DNA of 63,079 bases, filler included, from Octopus bimaculoides (Eukaryota), in the NCBI RefSeq assembly GCF_001194135.2. It is 7 parts of 6 records of this genome, joined end to end, with 100 filler letters (N's around TTAATTAATTAA, not from the genome) between each part and the next. Parts side by side here need not be neighbours in the genome. Positions count along the whole stretch, not along the records: positions 1 to 12,451 come from NC_069002.1; 6 more parts are not named here. One strand, written 5' to 3'. The notes under the pieces are model-generated. The model did no database searches and was not told where the DNA came from. It saw only the letters and a list, made by a program, of their open reading frames with translations. Positions 1 to 11,184 of the stretch are shown in pieces. Numbering within the stretch: position 1 is the first letter of the stretch; the number at the start of each line of letters is the position of its first letter. Made by a program: the position numbers and the translations under genes.

Positions 1-112
1 ACCTAAAATTTGTATTTTTGTATAAAAATTGTTAAAAGATTTTGTGTATTGTAGAAGTATAAGTGATTTATTGGGGGTAAATTTTAACAACAAAATCTTA
101 TCTGGACCTCCA

Positions 113-930
113 AGGACCTGGCAGAATCATTAATGTGTTCAAAGGAATGCTTTCAGATATTTTTTTCTGACTTGTTATGTTCTGAGTTCAAATTCTGCTG
201 AGGATGACTTTGCCTTTTATCCTTTCAGGGTGGACAAAAGAATTATCAGTTGAACATTGGGATTAATCTAATCGACTAACCCCTGCCCTAAAATTGCTGG
301 CCTTGTGTCAAAGTTTTAAACCATTTTTGAGTTAGATTTCTTTGTTTTATTAAGAAATGAATAAAGAGAAAGAGAAGGACAATGAAAAAAGGGAAGGAGC
401 TAACTTTGGTGTTTCTTTTTAGTCCCAAATAATAGTCAGTAAATAAATAAATAAATAAATATTTAGACAGAAAGAGAGAGAGGGGAAAGGGGAACCAAGT
501 TATATTTATCACCTTTTACTTGTTTCAGTCATTAGACTGTGGCCATGCTGGAGCACCATACTGGGGACAGCTATGATCTTGAGATTGGTACTTGGGTGTT
601 GGGTATCATCGGAAGAGACCCTGTGAGAGATTTGACAATGGGTTGCTGTCCCCTCTTACAGAAATAATGAGAGTGAGTAAAATTGAAGGCTCTGAGATCA
701 TGATAATAATAATCCTTTCTACTAAAGGCACAAGGCCTGAAATTTGGGGGAGGAGGATTAGTTGATTATATCGACCCCAGTGTTTAACTGGTACTTCTTT
801 AATCAACCCAGAAAGGATGAAAGGCACACTTGACCTCAGTGGAATTTGAACTCAGAATGTAAAGACGGATGAAATGTCACTAAGCATTTTGCCTGGTGTG
901 CTAATGATTCTGCCAGTTCGCTGCGTTGAC
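113..930. mobile_element. SINE family A copies (113-332 +, 706-930 -) and a family B 3' piece (~505-560), CpG-decayed
   Basis: Matches the family A consensus with many CpG>TpG/CpA changes. Confidence 0.8.
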
Positions 931-2427
931 CATGATGATAATAATATTAATAATAATAATAATAATGATGATGATGATGATGATGATGATGACGACGACN
1001 NNNNNNNNNNNNNNNNNNNNNNNNNNNNNNNNNNNNNNNNNNNNNNNNNNNNNNNNNNNNNNNNNNNNNNNNNNNNNNNNNNNNNNNNNNNNNNNNNNNN
1101 NNNNNNNNNNNNNNNNNNNNNNNNNNNNNNNNNNNNNNNNNNNNNNNNNNNNNNNNNNNNNNNNNNNNNNNNNNNNNNNNNNNNNNNNNNNNNNNNNNNN
1201 NNNNNNNNNNNNNNNNNNNNNNNNNNNNNNNNNNNNNNNNNNNNNNNNNNNNNNNNNNNNNNNNNNNNNNNNNNNNNNNNNNNNNNNNNNNNNNNNNNNN
1301 NNNNNNNNNNNNNNNNNNNNNNNNNNNNNNNNNNNNNNNNNNNNNNNNNNNNNNNNNNNNNNNNNNNNNNNNNNNNNNNNNNNNNNNNNNNNNNNNNNNN
1401 NNNNNNNNNNNNNNNNNNNNNNNNNNNNNNNNNNNNNNNNNNNNNNNNNNNNNNNNTTGTCTTTATTTAGACTTGTATGTTTTTGCCAGCAAATAAACAA
1501 ATACAAAAGGATGGACAAATGGAGAAAGCAACGGGATGAACTTGGATAGTTTTTATGCTTGTAACTTTAGCCAACAACTGAACATATACAGATATATAGA
1601 TAGACAGAGGTAGAGAGATAGATAGATAGATGGATAGAGAGGGGGAGAGAGAAGGAGAAGAGGAGAGAGAGAAAGAGAGAGAGAGAGAAAGAGAGAGAGA
1701 GAGGCGGAGTAGAGAACTAATTTAGGTATTGTTTTTAAATTAGAGGAAGAAGACCTACATTGGTAACAATTGGAGACATTTCTAGGCAAATGAGAGATCA
1801 ATAAGGTTGAAGTTCAGTTAAGAATTTCTATAGGCTGACATTAAAATAACAAATGTTGTTGTTGTTGTGTGTGTGTGTTTGTGTGAGAGGATAGGAATTC
1901 CAAAATCCAAATGGTTGTCAGTATTTATTTATTTTGAAAACAGTCAACATCAAATTACACTGTATTAACAGACGAAACCAAAACTAAACCATTTTATGTT
2001 CGAGGTTCAGTGACAGAGGTCAAGGTGTGACCCAGGAAAGGATTGATTCGGCAGGGGGGAGGGGTAGTGTGTGTGTGTGTATATGTAAGTGTGTGTGTGC
2101 GGATGTGTAAGTGTGTGGAGGTGCAGGGATTAGTGGTTATTGTATTCAGCTTATGGTTGTAAAGTCGTGAGTTCAATTCCCCACCCGTTGTGTCCTTGGG
2201 CAAGGCACTTTATTTCCACATTGCTCCAGTCCACTCAGCTGGCAAAAATGAGCTGTACCAGTAATTCAAAAAGGGCCGGCCTTGTCACATTCTGTGTCAT
2301 GTTGAATCTCCCTGTGAACTTGCATTAAGGGTAGATGTGTCTGTGGAGTACTCAGCCACTTGTATGTTAATTTCGTGAGCAGGCTGTTCCATTGATTGGA
2401 TTAACTGGAACCCTTTTTATTTCTTTA

Positions 2428-2656
2428 TTTGTTTCAGTCAGTCATTGAATTGTGGCCAGGCTGGGGCAGAGCCTTGAAGGGCTTAGATAAATAAATCAAC
2501 CGCAGTACTAATTCATTTTTCCAGTCCGTTGCTTGTTCTATTGGTTTCTTTTGCTGAACTGCTATGTTATGGGGATGTAAACAAATCAACACTGGTTGGT
2601 AAGCAATGGTGGGGGACAAACACAGAGACACATACACACACATGCACACACACATG

Positions 2657-2687
<31 letters not shown>

Positions 2688-2860
2688 ATATACATCTATG
2701 ACAGCTTCCATACAGTTTCCATCTTCCAAATTCACTCACAAGGCAGTGGTCAGCTTGGGGTAATAGTAAAAGACACTTGCCCTTGGTGCTGCACAGTGGG
2801 ACAGTGGGACAGTGGGACAGTGGCACAGTGGGACTGAACCTGAAACTGTGGATTTTCAAA
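2428..2860 (-). mobile_element. SINE family B, decayed
   Basis: Tail, CA microsatellite and head recognisable; contains a short gtgggaca tandem expansion. Confidence 0.8.
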
Positions 2861-2864
2861 CCAT

Positions 2865-3330
2865 AATAACAATATTGATTTCAAATTTTGGCACAAGGCC
2901 AGCAATTTTGGGGAGGGGTTAAGTTGATTACACTGACCCAATACTCAACTGGTACCTATTTTGTCCGCCCTGAAAGGATGAAAGACAAAGTCAACCTCAG
3001 CAGAATTTGAACTCAGAACATAAAGAATGGTCGAAATGCCGCTAAGCATTTTGCCCAGCGTGTTAATGATTCAGCCATCTTGCCACCTTTGCCTAAATGA
3101 TAATAATAGTGGTTTCCAATTTTGGCACAAGGCCAGCAATTTCGGAGGAGGATCTAAGTTGATTACATCAACCCTAGAACTCAACTGGTACTTAATTTAT
3201 TGAACCTGAAAGGATGAAACCTAAAGCCAGTTTCCGCAGAATTTGAACTCAGAACGTAAAGACAGATAAAATGCTGCTAAGCATATTACCCGGTGTGCTA
3301 ACAATTCTGCCAACTCACCACTTTCTCATT
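2865..3330 (-). mobile_element. Two tandem SINE family A copies
   Basis: Each runs tttggcacaaggcc...aactggtac...tttgaactcagaac...gctaagcat (reverse complement of the family A consensus). Confidence 0.85.
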
Positions 3331-4114
3331 ATAACACTATTAACAGCTATGTGAGTAGTACAGAACAAAACTTAAGTATTTACTGCTATCTGAAAAGAAA
3401 ATTAATTATCTGAATGCAGTTTTGATAATGTTCTATGCAGGAAAAAGAAAAAAAAATTCCATGTTTTGACTACAAAGAAGTTACAATCTTATATTATATA
3501 ATGAATACAAACTAAAAGAAAGGAAACTTATGTAACTAAATTCTATATTTCTTACAGCAAAATAAAATTGGATGTTTATTAAAAATGTACTCATTATGTT
3601 TGAAATTATCCAAAAAGCTGCATATGCTGAAAGCTGTGCATCCGTGTTGTCAGTGTACACTGTGTTATGCAAATCAGACTGACAAGTTTAACTGAGTCCT
3701 AGATTGTATACATTATATAAAGCAATGGGCAACTAACCTCTTCATTGACAGATAGCTATTCTTCCTCTGATGAAGGTTTTAAAAGACTAGAAACCAGACA
3801 AATGACAACTATTTTTTTACTATCCATAAAAATAAAACCTTTGGTGTAATCATTTTATTTCTTTCTTACAGTGAAGCTAAAAATGTAGGGGCATTATAAA
3901 AAGGTGAAACTTAATTTCAAATAAACCAGAAATACATGGCTGGTACATGAAGCAGAGATGTGAAATAAACATGCTTTTAGTTCTGGTTAAATATGTCTCA
4001 AAGCAGGGCAAATATGTACGTATTTGAGCTGTAGAAAGAACATTTTTTGCTGTGGTTTGCCATGAGAAAAATTCTTGAAGGCTTCCAGTCATGTCAATTT
4101 CATTCCATTTGGCA

Positions 4115-4160
4115 TCTGATACTGATGAGAACATAAAGAGCTCGAAATGCGTTTATGGGA
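4115..4160 (+). ncRNA. Type I hammerhead ribozyme motif, slightly decayed
   Basis: tctgata CUGAUGA gaac ataaaga gctc GAAA UGCGUU|tatggga. Core intact, stem II 3 of 4 bp. Stem III AUGCGU is the palindrome ACGCGU with one CpG transition. Stem I has one G.G mismatch. Confidence 0.55.
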
Positions 4161-4989
4161 AGGAAAGGTTGAAACGACTTTGATGTTTTAACACATTTTG
4201 CCTGATCTGAGAATTTTTCTCTATGACAAACTGCAGTGAATTGGGCATTCTTATATTTTTCTTTTTATTTGTTTCAGTCATTAGATTCTGGCCATGCTGG
4301 GGCACCGTATGGAAGAAGTTTTGGTTGAATAAATCAACCTTAGTACTTATGAAGAGTTGCTGAAAAGTTCCTGGCTTTAAGGGTATCGTGAAAGACCTGG
4401 TTGGAGGCCCTATCTTCCCAGTTCTTTCACAGGGCTCAGAAAAACTGAAGGACCGATGCAATAAGTGTGTGAATCTGAAAGGGGAATATGTTGAATAAAA
4501 TCATAATTAACTGATCCTCCTCTATTTTCTTTTACCCAAAGCCAGGAACATTCCAGCCTCACCCATTGTACTTATTCTACTGTCTCTTTAGCCGAACTGC
4601 TAAGTTACGGGGACGTAAACACTTCACCACCAGTTGTTAAGTGGTGNNNNNNNNNNNNNNNNNNNNNNNNNNNNNNNNNNNNNNNNNNNNNNNNNNNNNN
4701 NNNNNNNNNNNNNNNNNNNNNNNNNNNNNNNNNNNNNNNNGTTTTCATATAACAAAAAGCTCAAACATAACATCGATCTTTTTGAAACTTTATTCAAACG
4801 TCTTTCTGTCTCACCCTCTCTATACTTCTATCTCTTTCCCTCTGTCTGTCTTTCTCCACCAAACTTAGCATTTTATGAGGAGATATATAACTGAACGTAA
4901 GCAATTGCTAAATGAATAACTGTAGAATTTTATATAACAGAGTTATTGAGATAGTAATAATAATAATAATAACAATAATAATAATCAAA

Positions 4990-5033
<44 letters not shown>

Positions 5034-6247
5034 ATATATAAAGATATGCCGATCCAATAAAACAGTTTTAGTGAATAATTTTTCTTAATTTAATTTCAAT
5101 ATCAAAAAGTAAGTTAATGATTTTTCCAGAGCGATGTGATTGTCTCATATTGTTATTAAAATTAATGGACCACCATTCTAATCAATAATCGATATTTTTT
5201 CTTTTTTCGTTTTCCCTTAAAATCGTATCTAAAATAGATATTCATAAAAACAAACCTTTGCTCCAATACTGACTTTTTAATGCACATTTCATGAACCCGA
5301 AATATAAATATTTAACGCTATAAAATAAAATTGTCAACAGTCACAAACAAAAGATATTAATGAGATTAGGAGAAAAGTTAACATTGTTGAAAGACGAGAG
5401 AAAATTGACATGTCGCGAGGATTACCACTAAAATTAATTTCTCTTTTGTCGAATTTATCTTTTACAACAGATAATTCTACCCTATTAATCGGAGTTCGAG
5501 TACGATTTGCCGTCAAGGCAATATTACGGAGATAATCTCGAAGTCGTTTTGGAACGTAAGAAACACTTACATTTGAAAATAAATTCGTTTCTTTTCTTTC
5601 TTTTTTTAATAAGTATTATATTAGACCCAGTAAATACTGAGAAATTTACGATTCTTTTATTCTTTTATTCTTATACGTGTTTCAGCCATTTTGGCTGCGG
5701 CCATGTTAGAGCACCACCTTTAGTCGAACAAATCGACCCCCAGGACTTATTCTTTGTAAGCCTAGTACTTATTCTATCGGTTACTTTTGCCGAAACGTTA
5801 CGTTACGGGGACGTAAACACACCAGCATCGGTTGTCAAGTGATGGTGGGACACACACACGCGTGCACTCACACACACACACACACGACTGGCTTTTTACA
5901 GTTTCCGTCTACCGAGTCCCCTCACAAGGCTTTGGTCGGCCCAAGGCTATAGTAGAAGACACTCGCCCTAGGTGCCACGTAGTGGGACTGAACCCAGAAC
6001 CATGTGGTTAAAATTTATATTAATTGCTTGTAGGGACACAGTATTTCGTTTTGTCACCGTAATATACCACCAGATATATTAAAGGTTTATAAGCCAATAC
6101 TGTGTCCTACGTTTGTGTTAGCAGTGCGTTATTTTCCTTTTTAAGTTTATCTTTACAGGTTTTCTGTAGAATTTAGAGCCAGCATTAAAAGTTACTACAT
6201 TTCGTATACGAATATGTCTTTGTAAACAATGCGATCGAAGAAAGAAT

Positions 6248-6316
6248 GATAGGTAATGGGTGTATATGCATATTTCAGGAGGTATTGCTCTCTCATCAGC
6301 ACTGCATCCAACTATC
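6248..6316 (-). ncRNA. Type I hammerhead ribozyme motif
   Basis: Minus strand reads gatagttggatgcagtg CUGAUGA gagagcaatacctcct GAAA UA UGCA UA UA|cacccattacctatc. Core intact, 3-bp stem III with palindromic UGCA loop, interrupted stem I (gtg/cac, atg/cat, gatag/ctatc), imperfect stem II. Confidence 0.6.
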
Positions 6317-6490
6317 TACGAATACATTGCTTAAATAGACACTAAGTCTAGCGGTGTAACACTACTGGAGAGACCAATTTATATAAATTGTATAATGTAT
6401 ATACAAAGTAGAACACAGTCAGCATTACTATTTTGTCTCGGAGAAACTTCTAGAAAATGATAGATTTGTATGTTTACGTTTGCACATATA

Positions 6491-6716
6491 CAGGGTGCGA
6501 CAGAAGTAACGCTTTTTTTTTTGTATTTAATAACTTTTATAGTATATAAATGTTTATTAAGTAATTTTTTTATTGAACACAAATTTATTTCATTACTTAC
6601 AGAAACGAATAATAAACTAATGAAAAAATTGCAGAAGTTTTAGGAAATAAAAAAAGAAATTAAATTGGAAACTAGAAAACTGAAATGCAAAAGGGAGTTA
6701 CTTCTGTCGCACCCTG
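6491..6716. mobile_element. Tc1/mariner-type MITE
   Basis: Perfect 20-bp TIRs CAGGGTGCGACAGAAGTAAC / GTTACTTCTGTCGCACCCTG, TA on both sides, AT-rich non-coding interior. Confidence 0.9.
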
Positions 6717-7154
6717 TATTATATATGCTACACATATTGTTATTTTAATGTAATGTTGTAAATGTGTACATTTGTTGTATAGCGAAACTGTACACGCCTC
6801 TGGGTACAAAGTGGTAAGTAGCCAGCCATTATAAATAGACCAGTAGCCGATCGACAGTAGAAGGTGAAAAGGTCAGAAGGTCGAGAGTAGGTGTAGACTG
6901 TGTTGATAGTCGTGTCTGTGCTGATATAGTAATCATACTGTGATACTGAGTGAACGTTATGACGCTCCAACCTTTTGAGGATAATAATAATATCTGCCAG
7001 AGCGACAACCATCGTCAAAAGACAGATAAAACAGTGGCAAAAGACCGCTTTACAACAATATTCCTTTAATTTTAACCGGACAACCTTTCACACAAATCAA
7101 TTTCACCAATTTCTTTACCGCAGTAAATATTTTTTGGCTTAGCCCGGATTGTCC

Positions 7155-7227
7155 AGGAGTGTTCGTAACTGAAGAGATGAAATGAACTCGAGATATCGGT
7201 GTATGATGAACCGCCAACGACACTCTG
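7155..7227 (+). ncRNA. Degenerate hammerhead-like motif (A14>G)
   Basis: gttcgtaa CUGAAGA ga..tc GAGA UA UCGG UG UA|tgatgaac. Stem I is largely paired and extended by ggagtgt/acactct, but GAAA has become GAGA and stem II is only 2 bp. Confidence 0.35.
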
Positions 7228-8057
7228 ATCGAACTAAATATTTTTTTTTATTAACATACGAGCCTCTGGGTATTTTCTTTAAAACAAAATATTATAACTA
7301 GTATAATTCAGCGTTTGTGTATACGTTATAAATAGTATACACCTCATTTAAATTTAATTATGATTTAAGTGCGTATCTTTTAACTTTTACATGTTTCAGC
7401 CATTAGACTGCGGCCAAGCTGGGGCACCGCTTTGAAAAATTTTTAGTCGAATGAATCGATCTCAGTACTTAACTTTTTTTTTTTAAAGCCTGGTACTTAA
7501 TCTATCAAACTCTTTTGCCGAACTGCTAAGTTACGGGGGCCGCACACGCACCAACACCTGTNNNNNNNNNNTTCTGTGTACCAAATCTACTCGCAAGGCT
7601 TTGGTCGGGCCGAGGTTACAGTAGGAGACACTTGCCCAAGGTGCCGCGCTGTAGGACTGAAAGCGGAACCATCTGACCGATAAGGCTTTACTTCCACACA
7701 CGCCAGCTTAATTTAATTCGTCCTTAGTCAAACGACACCTGTTGTTATGTCCTGTTATTTGTACTTGTGTAACATTCTCCGTTTTTTTCCGTCCTTGTTT
7801 TCGTATGTATTCGCTGCTTTCTTCCAAGGAATCTAATGCTCTTAGCTTAGTTTTTTCTTGGAGCTGGCCAGATTGGAGCGATCTCGAGTATAACCAGCCG
7901 AAATTGCAAAGATAATCTGGAACTCGACTGAGGAAAGAAAACTCCGAACGACTCGTGCTTGTTTTCTTTGTATCGTCTACCTGGATATTTTGTTGTTCCC
8001 TTTTTTGTATCACCTGTCTGGATGTTTTGTGTTCTTGTCCCATTCTGTATTATATAT

Positions 8058-8088
<31 letters not shown>

Positions 8089-8712
8089 NNNNNNNNNNNN
8101 NNNNNNNNNNNNNNNNNNNNNNNNNNNNNNNNNNNNNNNNNNNNNNNNNNNNNNNNNNNNNNNNNNNNNNNNNNNNNNNNNNNNNNNNNNNNNNNNNNNN
8201 NNNNNNNNNNNNNNNNNNNNNNNNNNNNNNNNNNNNNNNNNNNNNNNNNNNNNNNNNNNNNNNNNNNNNNNNNNNNNNNNNNNNNNNNNNNNNNNNNNNN
8301 NNNNNNNNNNNNNNNNNNNNNNNNNNNNNNNNNNNNNNNNNNNNNNNNNNNNNNNNNNNNNNNNNNNNNNNNNNNNNNNNNNNNNNNNNNNNNNNNNNNN
8401 NNNNNNNNNNNNNNNNNNNNNNNNNNTATGTATGTATGTATATTTATATCTATATATGTATATATATGTATCTACACTATAAAAGGCAGATTTTCTCTGT
8501 GTGTGTGTATGTTTGAAATTCATACATTTACACAATTCCAAATTTCTTAGATTAAACAATCGCAATTAATATTCTAAATACAATTTGTTAGGTCACTGCG
8601 TCATTTTTTCACTCCAACAAATTCCTAATAAAGAATAAAATCCATAAAACAACAGAATTAAACATTTTCTCCCTAATAAAATCTAATTTCCTCTTTCTAA
8701 TACAAATCCTTT

Positions 8713-9578
8713 AGCTACCATGTAGAGGTCTCCCTCATTGGCTCATACATACATATTTACATAGATAAGAGAGTAGGGTGTGATTTGAGGGAGATTTGGG
8801 TGCTACTTCTAGCAGGTCTAGCTACCATGTAGAGGTCTCCCTCATTGGCTCATACATATATACACAGATAAGAGAGTAGGGTGTGATTTGAGGGAAATTT
8901 GACTGCTATTTCTAGCAGGTCCAGCTACCATGTAGAGGTCTCCCTCATTGTCTCATACATACATACATAGATAAGAGAGTAGGGTGTGATTTGAGGGAAA
9001 TTTGGGTGCTATTTCTAGCAGGTCTAGCTACCATGTAGAGGTCTCCCTCATTGGCTCATACATACATATATACATAGATAAGAGAGTAGGGAGTGATTTG
9101 AGAGATTTGGGTGCTATTTCTAGCAGGTCCAGCTACCATGTAGAGGTCTCCCTCATTGGCTCATACATATATACATAGATAAGAAAGTAGGGTGTGATTT
9201 GAGGGAAATTTAACTGCTATTTCTAGCAGGTCCAGCTACCATGTAGAGGTCTCCCTCATTGGCTCATACATATATACATAGATAAGAGAGTAGGGTGTGA
9301 TTTGAGGGAAATTTGGGTGCTATTTCTAGCAGGTCTAGCTACCATGTAGAGGTCTCCCTCATTGGCTCATACATATATACATAGATAAGAAAGTAGGGTG
9401 TGATTTGAGAGAGATTTGGGTGCTATTTCTAGCAGGTCTAGCTATCATGTAGAGGTCTCCCTCATTGTCTCATACATACATATATACATAGATAAGAGAG
9501 TAGGGTGTGATTTGAGGGAGATTTGGCTACCATTTCTAGCAGGTCTAGCTATCATGTAGAGGTCTCCCTCGATGGCTC
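8713..9578. repeat. Tandem minisatellite, ~103-107 bp unit, 8 full copies plus a partial ninth
   Basis: Unit agctaccatgtagaggtctccctcattggctcatacatatatacatagataagagagtagggtgtgatttgagggagatttgggtgctatttctagcaggtct. Unit starts at 8713, 8820, 8923, 9026, 9131, 9234, 9337, 9440 and 9547; length varies in the internal CATA/TA tract. Confidence 0.95.
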
Positions 9579-10449
9579 ATCTATTCTGCCTCATCGATAT
9601 TTTCGATGGACCAGAACCGTTTCATCGATCTCAATTTCAACCCTATCTCCTCCGATCATATTTTGGTGGTTTTCTGACCAAAATTGGATGGATGTGTTTT
9701 AAGGTCGATACTCGGATAGAAAATGTGACATCATCATGGTCGTTGTATAAAATGTTTACAATAGATCACTTATGAACGGCTAAAACAAGCGAAGCAGCAG
9801 GTTATACACACCTGTTGTATACGTCGGTCCTGTTTTTTCGCTTTAAAGTAAGCGATTCTTACAGAAGCAAACACGATATTGAATAATTCTCTGTCATACG
9901 TCTTCTAAAAACTTTAAACATACTTCCAAAATGGGACTTCGTNNNNNNNNNNNNNNNNNNNNNNNNNNNNNNNNNNNNNNNNNNNNNNNNNNNNNNNNNN
10001 NNNNNNNNNNNNNNNNNNNNNNNNNNNNNNNNNNNNNNNNNNTATGTATGTAATCACGTTTTCGTATATTTTATTTCGACAGACAGGGAAAAACATTGTG
10101 TAGTAATTTGTACGTTCTCAAATTACTTTTGTGGAAACAGACAATGAAAAATACTGAAACTTTCAAATCATTTTGTATTTGGAAATTTCTAAAATTATGC
10201 AATTCAGAAGTGGAATATAATTCCAGTTCTGCTGTTTATTTTATTGTTTCACTAAGAAAAGCTATTTGAGCAATCATCTCCTTTTCCCACGTCCTCTTCA
10301 TCTCTTGATTATATTTCATAACGTTTGGGAATTTTCCAACAGTGGTGTCTTGCTTTCTGCTGTCTTTATTCTTCATAATCTATGTTGGTTAAAACCAGAC
10401 TTTCACTGGAACATTCTTTTAGGAATAATCTTCTGTTATTGCTGCGCAT

Positions 10450-11170
10450 ATCCATCCATCCATTCGTCCCTCCCTTATCCATTAATCCATTCATCTTCTC
10501 TGCTCACTATTTCTGGATGAATCGTGGAGATAGAGCTCTCATGCACTTCTCCACAGGGTCCTATCAGAAGCAACTGTCGTACTTTTCGGCTGGATTACTA
10601 AGTTTCACTAACAGAAGCTACGGATATTATCTAACCATTTCTTTCTTGGTCTACTTCGACATCTCCTGCCGGTTGACTTGGTCTGAAGAAGCCATCCTGC
10701 GAATTTTTTTTCCTGCGACATTATAATCACATGTTCATAGTACCGGAGCTGTGATCTCTTAAAAGCGGTGAAGTATCAGCTCAATTTGGAGAGACTTCCT
10801 GATATCCGAGCTATGCACCTTGTTCCAGTAACATTAATCCAAAGATCCGTCGGGGGAACCTCATTTCAGCCGCTTGCATTCGCGATTGTACTCTTTTAGT
10901 CATTATCCAACATTTTAAACTACAGATGAGGATAAGCACGGAAACCAATTTGAAGATAGCGAGTTTGGTATTTTCATTTAACAACTTTTCCTCTTCTGGG
11001 GATCGAACGCTGGAAGTGGCGCATTATTCTCACAGTACCTGCAATTTCAGTATCCAATTTAACCACCTGCTTCTCGTCACCCGTGTCGGTTTTCAAACCA
11101 GAGTTGGTCGTTACAAGAGAGTAATTCGCCACAACTGGACTTTGTCTTTCCTTAAAGATTATTTCCCATA
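10450..11170 (-). mobile_element. RTE-clade LINE 3' fragment (decayed ORF2 C-terminus, 3' UTR, (TGGA)n tail)
   Basis: Frameshifted translation KLAIFKLVSVLILICSLKCWIMTKRVQSRMQAAEMRFPRRIFG..., SQLRYYEHV..., GRRCRSRPRKKWLDNI matches the RTE ORF2 C-terminal pattern (AAEMRFLRRI; GHV; GRRxRGRPRxxWxD). The tccatccatcc tail is near 10451. Confidence 0.8.
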
Positions 11171-11184
11171 AACTGGGTTTGTCT

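Larger units (their letters stand above)
4265..7680 (-). mobile_element. SINE family B copies (~4265-4640, 5655-6010, 7385-7680)
   Basis: Reverse-complement family B consensus segments. The coordinates span the cluster, not one element. Confidence 0.75.

Noticed and set aside
638-667. ATG GGT TGC TGT (MGCC...) resembling the SLC44A1 start
   Set aside because: It stops after 9 codons, has no donor site, and is ~56 kb from exon 2. The 56669 exon fits far better.
3761-3805. CUGAUGA...GAAAC motif
   Set aside because: The triplet is GAC rather than GUH, and stem I does not pair. At best a very old remnant.
5334-5615. ~90-codon open frame on the minus strand ending in a hydrophobic stretch
   Set aside because: No recognisable homology and no convincing splice or start context.
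7922-7958. CUGAGGA-aagaaaactcc-GAAC-GAC motif in a Penelope-pLTR-like tract
   Set aside because: One core A is missing, U16.1 is mutated, and stem I is only 3 bp.
8713-9578. Array as CRISPR
   Set aside because: Whole units repeat with no unique spacers, the DNA is eukaryotic, and no cas genes are present.
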